Sequence record: NC_054912.1
Length of the DNA: 64,000 bases
Origin: Escherichia phage vB_EcoM_F1
Strand: one strand, 5' to 3'
Shown: in pieces, positions 58,238 to 64,000 of the stretch
How positions within the stretch are numbered: position 1 is the stretch's first letter
Layout: each line of letters begins with the position of its first letter
Position numbers and translations under genes: made by a program
The notes under the pieces: model-generated
What the model was told of the DNA's origin: nothing
What the model saw: only the letters and a program-made list of their open reading frames with translations
Databases searched by the model: none

Positions 58238-58894
58238 ATGGCTGATTTAAAAGTAGGTTCAACAACCGGAGGCTCTGTCATTTGGCATCAAGGAAATTTT
58301 CCATTGAATCCAGCCGGTGACGATGTACTCTATAAATCATTTAAAATATATTCAGAATATAACAAACCGCAGGCTGCTGATAACGATTTTGTTTCTAAAG
58401 CTAATGGTGGTACTTATTTAAATAAAGTAATTTTTAATAAAGGAATGACTGTTCCTGGCGCAGGGTCAGGCGATAATGGTATTTTTGCTGGTCCTGGTGA
58501 TAGTGCCACGTATGATACTACAAATATGGATATTGTTTCGTGGTATGGTATTGGTTTTAAATCATCACAAGGAACAGCAGGTAGAACTGTAGTAATTAAC
58601 ACACGAAATGGAGATATTAGCTCAAAGGGCGTAATTGAAGCATCACAAATCCGTGTAACTTCGTTATCACCAGTAAATAATTATGACCTTACACGGAAAG
58701 ATTATGTTGATGGAGCAATAAATATTGTTACAGCAAACGCAAACTCTAGAGTATTACGCTCTGGAGACACTATGACAGGAAATTTAACTGCGCCAAACCT
58801 TTTTTCACAGAATCCTGCATCTCAACCCTCACATGTTCCACGATTTGACCAAATTGTTATTAAGGATTCTGTTCAAGATTTCGGCTATTATTAA
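58238..58894 (+). CDS. 36: long tail fibre distal subunit gp36
   Basis: 218 aa, MADLKVGSTTGGSVIWHQGNFPLNPAGDDVLYKS... Confidence 0.9.
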   Translation: MADLKVGSTTGGSVIWHQGNFPLNPAGDDVLYKSFKIYSEYNKPQAADNDFVSKANGGTYLNKVIFNKGMTVPGAGSGDNGIFAGPGDSATYDTTNMDIVSWYGIGFKSSQGTAGRTVVINTRNGDISSKGVIEASQIRVTSLSPVNNYDLTRKDYVDGAINIVTANANSRVLRSGDTMTGNLTAPNLFSQNPASQPSHVPRFDQIVIKDSVQDFGYY

Positions 58895-58902
58895 GAGGAC
58901 TT

Positions 58903-61900
58903 ATGGCTACTTTAAAACAAATACAATTTAAAAGAAGCAAAACCGCAGGAGCACGTCCTGCCGCTTCAGTATTAGCCGAAGGTGAATTGGCTATAAACTT
59001 AAAAGATCGCGTACTTTTTACTAAAGATGACCAAGGAAATATTATTGATCTGGGTTTTGCTAAAGGCGGTAGCATTGACGGGAATGTTATTCATACAGGA
59101 AACTATAATCAAACTGGTGATTATACTTTAAATGGCACCTTCACTCAGACAGGTAATTTTAATTTAACTGGTATTGCTCGAGTAACTCGCGATATTATTG
59201 CCGCCGGGCAAATTATGACCGAGGGCGGAGAACTTATTACAAAAAGTTCAGGTACAGCACATGTTCGTTTTTTCGATAACAATAGTCGCGAACGCGGAAT
59301 CATTTATGCCCCGGCTAATGATGGTTTAACTACACAAGTACTTAATATCAGGGTTCAAGACTACGCCGCTGGTAGCGAAAGCACTTATGCATTTTCAGGC
59401 AGTGGACTATTTACTTCACCTGAAGTATCAGCATGGAAATCTATTTCGTCTCCACAAATTCTGACCAACAAAGTCATTACTAATAATAAATCTACGGGTG
59501 ATTATGACATCTATTCGATGGCAGACAATGTTCCATTGTCTGAAAGCACTACTGCTATTAATCATCTTCGTGTCATGCGTAATGCCGTTGGTTCTGGTAT
59601 TTTCCATGAAGTTAAAGATAATGATGGAATAACTTGGTATGCAGGTGATGGACTTGACACCTATCTTTGGTCATTTACTTGGAGCGGCGGAATTAAATCA
59701 AGTCACTCAATTTCTATTGGTTTAACACCTGGTAATAAAGATTATTCAATATTAGGACCATCTAGTATTGCTTTAGGAGATAATGATACTGGATTTAAAT
59801 GGCATCAAGATGGATATTATTTCAGCGTTAATAATGGAACAAAAACGTTTTTATTTAGTCCTAGCGAAACAACTAGCCTAAGAAAATTTGTAGCTGGATA
59901 TTCTACTAACGGAACCGATTTAACTACTCCTCCAACTGAAAATTATGCTCTTGCTACTGTAGTGACATACCACGATAATAACGCGTTTGGAGATGGTCAG
60001 ACTCTTTTAGGATATTATCAAGGCGGTAATTATCATCATTATTTTCGCGGTAAGGGTACTACAAACATTAATACTCATGGCGGTTTGTTAGTTACTCCAG
60101 GTAATATTGACGTTATTGGTGGTTCTGTTAATATTGATGGTCGTAATAATTCTTCTACGCTGATGTTTAGAGGTAACACAACTGGTAGTAGTTCAGTTGA
60201 TAACATGACAATTTCTGTGTGGGGTAATACATTTATTAATCCTAGCGAAGGTAATCGCAAAAATGTCATGGAAATTTCTGACGCAACTAGTTGGATGAGC
60301 TATATTCAACGAACAACTGCAGGTAAAGTCGAATCGGTTATAAATGGCACCCAGATTGTTAATGAAAACTTGACAGTAGTAAAAAATGCTACATTTGACG
60401 GTACAATCAGCGCAGCCGGTGAAATCGCGACAAATGCTGTAAATGGTCTTCGCATTTGGAATGCAGATTATGGAGCCATTTTTAGACGTTCAGAAGGCAG
60501 TCTTCATATTATTCCAACTGCTTACGGTGAAGGTAAATATGGCGATATCGGTCCACTTCGCCCGTTTAGTATGGCTTTAGATACTGGTAAAGTTACTATT
60601 CCAGATTTACAATCAAGTTACAATACGTTCGCAGCAAACGGCTATATTAAATTTACTGGTCACGGTGCGGGCGCTGGCGGTTATGCCATTCAATATGCTC
60701 AAGCGGCTCCTATTTTCCAGGAAATCGATGATGATGCTGTAAGCAAATATTATCCTATTGTTAAACAGAAGTTTTTAAACGGTAAATGCGTTTGGTCTTT
60801 AGGTACTGAAATTAATTCGGGTACATTCGTTATTCATCATCTGAAAGAAGATGGTTCACAAGGACATACGTCTCGTTTTAATCAAGACGGTACCGTTAAC
60901 TTCCCAGATAACGTTTCTGTCGGCGGCGGTGAAGCTACTATTGCTCGCAATGGTAATATCTTCTCTGATATTTGGAAACCGTTTACTTCTGCAGGTGATA
61001 CTACAAATATTCGCGATGCTATTGCGACTCGTGTTTCGAAAGAAGGCGACACGATAACAGGCAAATTGACTTTATCGGCAGGTAATGATGCCCTTGTTTT
61101 AACTGCAGGCACGGGCGCTTCATCGCACATCCGTAGTGATGTAGGTGGTACAAATAATTGGTATATAGGCAAAGGCGGCGGCGACAATGGTCTAGGTTTT
61201 TACAGTTACATTACACAAGGCGGTGTATACATAACAAATAACGGCGAAATAGCGCTTTCTCCTCAAGGACAAGGAACGTTTAATTTTAATAGAGATCGCC
61301 TTCATATAAATGGTACACAATGGACTGCGCACCAGGCTGGCGATTGGGGAAGTCAATGGAAACAAGAAGCTCCCGTATTTGTGGATTTTGGCTACGTCGG
61401 TAATGATAGTTATTATCCAATTATCAAAGGAAAATCTGGTATTACTAACGAAGGATATTTTTCCAGCGTTGATTTTGGTATGCGACGCATTCCTAATAAC
61501 TGGGCACAAGGTATTATTCGTGTAGGTAATCAGGAAAACGGTTCCAACCCACAAGCTATCTTCGAATTCCACCATAATGGAAACATGTACGTTCCTGACA
61601 TGGTTAAAGCTGGAGCAAGAGTATCAGCTGGTGGAGGTGACCCTGTATGGACAGGCGCATGTGTTGTTATTGGTGATAATGATACCGGATTAGTTCATGG
61701 TGGTGATGGGCGAATTAACATGGTTGCAAATGGAATGCATATTGCTTCGTGGTCGTCCGCTTACCATCTCCATGAAGGTCTTTGGGATACCACTGGTGCT
61801 CTGTGGACTGAACACGGAAGAGCTATTATTTCTTTTGGTCATTTAGTCCAACAAAGCGATGCCTATTCCACATTTGTCCGCGATGTTTATGTCCGTTCTG

Positions 61901-62232
61901 ATATTCGTGTTAAAAAAGACCTCGTTAAATTTGAAAATGCTTCTGAGAAGCTTTCCAAAATTAATGGTTACACTTATATGCAGAAGCGAGGCCTAGATGA
62001 AGAAGGCAATCAGAAATGGGAACCTAACGCCGGTTTAATTGCTCAAGAAGTTCAAGCTATTTTGCCAGAATTAGTTGAAGGTGACCCGGATGGTGAAGCT
62101 TTACTTCGTTTGAACTATAACGGTGTAATTGGTTTAAATACAGCTGCAATCAATGAGCATACTGCAGAAATTGCGGAACTTAAATCAGAAATTGAAGAAC
62201 TTAAAGCATTAGTTAAATCATTGTTAAAATAA
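58903..62232 (+). CDS. 37: long tail fibre distal subunit gp37 with C-terminal intramolecular chaperone domain (T2-type)
   Basis: 1109 aa; N-terminus [36 protein letters not shown]; C-terminus SDIRVKKDL...[31 protein letters not shown] resembles S74-type autocleaving chaperone domains. Confidence 0.9.
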   Translation: MATLKQIQFKRSKTAGARPAASVLAEGELAINLKDRVLFTKDDQGNIIDLGFAKGGSIDGNVIHTGNYNQTGDYTLNGTFTQTGNFNLTGIARVTRDIIAAGQIMTEGGELITKSSGTAHVRFFDNNSRERGIIYAPANDGLTTQVLNIRVQDYAAGSESTYAFSGSGLFTSPEVSAWKSISSPQILTNKVITNNKSTGDYDIYSMADNVPLSESTTAINHLRVMRNAVGSGIFHEVKDNDGITWYAGDGLDTYLWSFTWSGGIKSSHSISIGLTPGNKDYSILGPSSIALGDNDTGFKWHQDGYYFSVNNGTKTFLFSPSETTSLRKFVAGYSTNGTDLTTPPTENYALATVVTYHDNNAFGDGQTLLGYYQGGNYHHYFRGKGTTNINTHGGLLVTPGNIDVIGGSVNIDGRNNSSTLMFRGNTTGSSSVDNMTISVWGNTFINPSEGNRKNVMEISDATSWMSYIQRTTAGKVESVINGTQIVNENLTVVKNATFDGTISAAGEIATNAVNGLRIWNADYGAIFRRSEGSLHIIPTAYGEGKYGDIGPLRPFSMALDTGKVTIPDLQSSYNTFAANGYIKFTGHGAGAGGYAIQYAQAAPIFQEIDDDAVSKYYPIVKQKFLNGKCVWSLGTEINSGTFVIHHLKEDGSQGHTSRFNQDGTVNFPDNVSVGGGEATIARNGNIFSDIWKPFTSAGDTTNIRDAIATRVSKEGDTITGKLTLSAGNDALVLTAGTGASSHIRSDVGGTNNWYIGKGGGDNGLGFYSYITQGGVYITNNGEIALSPQGQGTFNFNRDRLHINGTQWTAHQAGDWGSQWKQEAPVFVDFGYVGNDSYYPIIKGKSGITNEGYFSSVDFGMRRIPNNWAQGIIRVGNQENGSNPQAIFEFHHNGNMYVPDMVKAGARVSAGGGDPVWTGACVVIGDNDTGLVHGGDGRINMVANGMHIASWSSAYHLHEGLWDTTGALWTEHGRAIISFGHLVQQSDAYSTFVRDVYVRSDIRVKKDLVKFENASEKLSKINGYTYMQKRGLDEEGNQKWEPNAGLIAQEVQAILPELVEGDPDGEALLRLNYNGVIGLNTAAINEHTAEIAELKSEIEELKALVKSLLK

Positions 62233-62263
62233 TAAGAGGGGCTTCGGCCCCTTGGAGGTTTAT

Positions 62264-63058
62264 ATGGCAGTAACAGGACCGTGGGTAGGATCGTCTGCAG
62301 TAGTTAATACAGGACAAAATTGGATGGGTGGCGCGGCCCAACGATTAAGAATGGGTGCTCCATTTTGGATGAGTAATATGATAGGTCGATCTGTTGAAGT
62401 AATTCACACACTTGGAGCGGACCATAACTTCAATGGTCAATGGTTCCGAGATAGATGTTTTGAGGCAGGTAGTGCACCTATAGTGTTTAATATCACTGGA
62501 AATTTGGTATCATATTCTAGAGATGTTCCTTTATTCTTCATGTATGGAGATACACCGAATGAATATGTTCAGTTGAATATTAGTGGCGGCGCCCACATGT
62601 GGGGTAGAGGTGGACAAGGTGGATGGACTCATTCCGGCGGAGATGGTAATGGCCAACAAGGTGGCCATTGTATTCAAAATGACATTGGCGGACGATTAAG
62701 AATTAATAACGGCGGAGTAATTTGTGGCGGTGGAGGCGGTGGTGGTGGTATCGCTTATCGTCCTCACTCTGGCGCAAAATGGCAAGATATTGGTGGTGGC
62801 GGAGGAAGACCATTTGGGCCAGGAGGCGGTGGTGGTTATTCCGGCGGCGCAGCTTCTTATGATGGCCCAGGAGGTGGTTATAATTATGGTAATGCTCACT
62901 CTGGCCAGGGTGGTGATGCTGGCGCAAATGGACAAAATGCCTGGCATGATGGCGGTAAAGTTCTAAAAGTCGGGGCTGGCGGAGCTGCTGGTTATGCCGT
63001 CATAGGGTCTACACCGACATGGCAAAACGTTGGAGCAATATATGGTCCAAGAGTATAA
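62264..63058 (+). CDS. 38: T2-type receptor-binding adhesin gp38 with glycine-rich motifs
   Basis: 264 aa from ATG 62264 ([13 protein letters not shown]...), SD GGAGG; poly-Gly runs GGGGGGGG, GGGGG, GGGGG separated by variable segments. Confidence 0.85.
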   Translation: MAVTGPWVGSSAVVNTGQNWMGGAAQRLRMGAPFWMSNMIGRSVEVIHTLGADHNFNGQWFRDRCFEAGSAPIVFNITGNLVSYSRDVPLFFMYGDTPNEYVQLNISGGAHMWGRGGQGGWTHSGGDGNGQQGGHCIQNDIGGRLRINNGGVICGGGGGGGGIAYRPHSGAKWQDIGGGGGRPFGPGGGGGYSGGAASYDGPGGGYNYGNAHSGQGGDAGANGQNAWHDGGKVLKVGAGGAAGYAVIGSTPTWQNVGAIYGPRV

Positions 63059-63088
63059 TTTGAATAAATATCCTTAAAAGGAGGGTCT

Positions 63089-63745
63089 ATGGCAGCACCT
63101 AGAATATCATTTTCGCCCTCTGATATTCTGTTGGGTGTTCTAGATCGCTTGTTCAAAGATAACGCTACCGGGAAGGTTCTTGCTTCCCGAGTAGCTGTCG
63201 TAATTCTTTTATTTATGATGGCGATTGTTTGGTATAGGGGAGATAGTTTCTTTGAGTACTATAAGCAATCAAAGTATGAAACATACAGTGAAATTATTGA
63301 AAAGGAAAGAACTGCACGCTTTGAATCTGTCGCCCTGGAACAACTCCAGATAGTTCATATATCATCTGAGGCAGACTTTAGTGCGGTGTATTCTTTCCGC
63401 CCTAAAAACTTAAACTATTTTGTTGATATTATAGCATATGAAGGAAAATTACCTTCAACAATAAGCGAAAAATCACTTGGAGGATATCCTGTTGATAAAA
63501 CTATGGATGAATATACAGTTCATTTAAATGGACGTCATTATTATTCCAACTCAAAATTTGCTTTTTTACCAACTAAAAAGCCTACTCCCGAAATAAACTA
63601 CATGTACAGTTGTCCATATTTTAATTTGGATAATATCTATGCTGGAACGATAACCATGTACTGGTATAGAAATGATCATATAAGTAATGACCGCCTTGAA
63701 TCAATATGTTCTCAGGCGGCCAGAATATTAGGAAGGGCTAAATAA
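63089..63745 (+). CDS. t: holin T
   Basis: 218 aa, MAAPRISFSPSDILLGVLDRLFKDNATGKVLASRVAVVILLFMMAIVWYRG...; single N-terminal TM. Confidence 0.95.
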   Translation: MAAPRISFSPSDILLGVLDRLFKDNATGKVLASRVAVVILLFMMAIVWYRGDSFFEYYKQSKYETYSEIIEKERTARFESVALEQLQIVHISSEADFSAVYSFRPKNLNYFVDIIAYEGKLPSTISEKSLGGYPVDKTMDEYTVHLNGRHYYSNSKFAFLPTKKPTPEINYMYSCPYFNLDNIYAGTITMYWYRNDHISNDRLESICSQAARILGRAK

Positions 63746-64000
63746 TTATTTGTTTGTATACATCTCTAGATATCGATATACACCCTCAAAACCCTCGTTG
63801 AATTCGTCGATGAGGGTTTTCTTATCTTCTTGAGTTAATTCAGAAACAATTTTACGGAATGAATTCTGATTTAACTTTCTACCTTCATGTGTTACTCCAA
63901 TCTCATTCAGAAATGCAATAAAATTAGCACGATTTTCAACAATATCTTCTCTGGAAAATTTAATTAAAATAGACGCAACAGTAATAATTTCACGAACTGT
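63746..64000 (-). CDS. asiA: AsiA anti-sigma70, 5'-truncated by window edge
   Basis: reverse translation ends ...LIDEFNEGFEGVYRYLEMYTNK*; stop at 63746-63748. Confidence 0.85.
   Translation of the reverse strand, partial: TVREIITVASILIKFSREDIVENRANFIAFLNEIGVTHEGRKLNQNSFRKIVSELTQEDKKTLIDEFNEGFEGVYRYLEMYTNK

Noticed and set aside
62236-62256. GGGGC-TTCG-GCCCC hairpin after gene 37 as a terminator
   Set aside because: It is followed by the gene 38 SD (GGAGG), not a U-tract; more likely an mRNA structural element between 37 and 38. Similar hairpin after uvsW at 17080-17095.
62696-62966. Three overlapping ORFs (His/Arg-rich, Ala/Val-rich) in alternative frames
   Set aside because: They lie inside gene 38 and are produced by the GGN-repeat coding for the poly-glycine motifs; no independent start signals.

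Overview
The window is a contiguous segment of a T4-like (T-even, Tequatrovirus-type) myovirus genome, collinear with the T4 map from gene 15 to t/asiA. Plus strand: packaging, tail and head morphogenesis genes (15, 16, 17, 18, 19, 20, 67, 68, 21, 22, 23, 24), uvsW, baseplate genes (51, 27, 28, 29, 48, 54) and long-tail-fibre genes (34, 35, 36, 37, 38) followed by holin t. Minus strand: rnlB, hoc, inh, uvsY, 25, 26, then a long early/middle block (alt, DNA ligase 30, small 30.x-type ORFs, rIII, 31, cd, pseT, spanins, alc, rnlA, denA, nrdB, nrdA, td, frd, 32, 59, 33, dsbA, rnh) and the 3' part of asiA. Identifications rest on protein sequence, length and gene order recalled for T4; no database search was run. 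What stands out against the T4 reference: an intact HNH homing endonuclease in the nrdB group I intron; a td intron whose I-TevI ORF is internally deleted between two RHFK-encoding repeats; compact junctions where T4 carries segD, segE and segG; a degenerate tandem copy of the alt 5' end; a probable frameshift at the 3' end of gene 54; a T2-type fibre tip (gp37 with C-terminal intramolecular chaperone plus glycine-rich gp38 adhesin); a roughly 360-bp ORF-free, GC-enriched island below rIII; and sigma70-type early promoters each enclosed in its own inverted repeat. No tRNA, rRNA or CRISPR array was found. I found no self-contained novel system I can name; the best candidates for undescribed function are the 30.x and frd-32 small-ORF clusters, the NADAR-like/HAD pair and the non-coding island.
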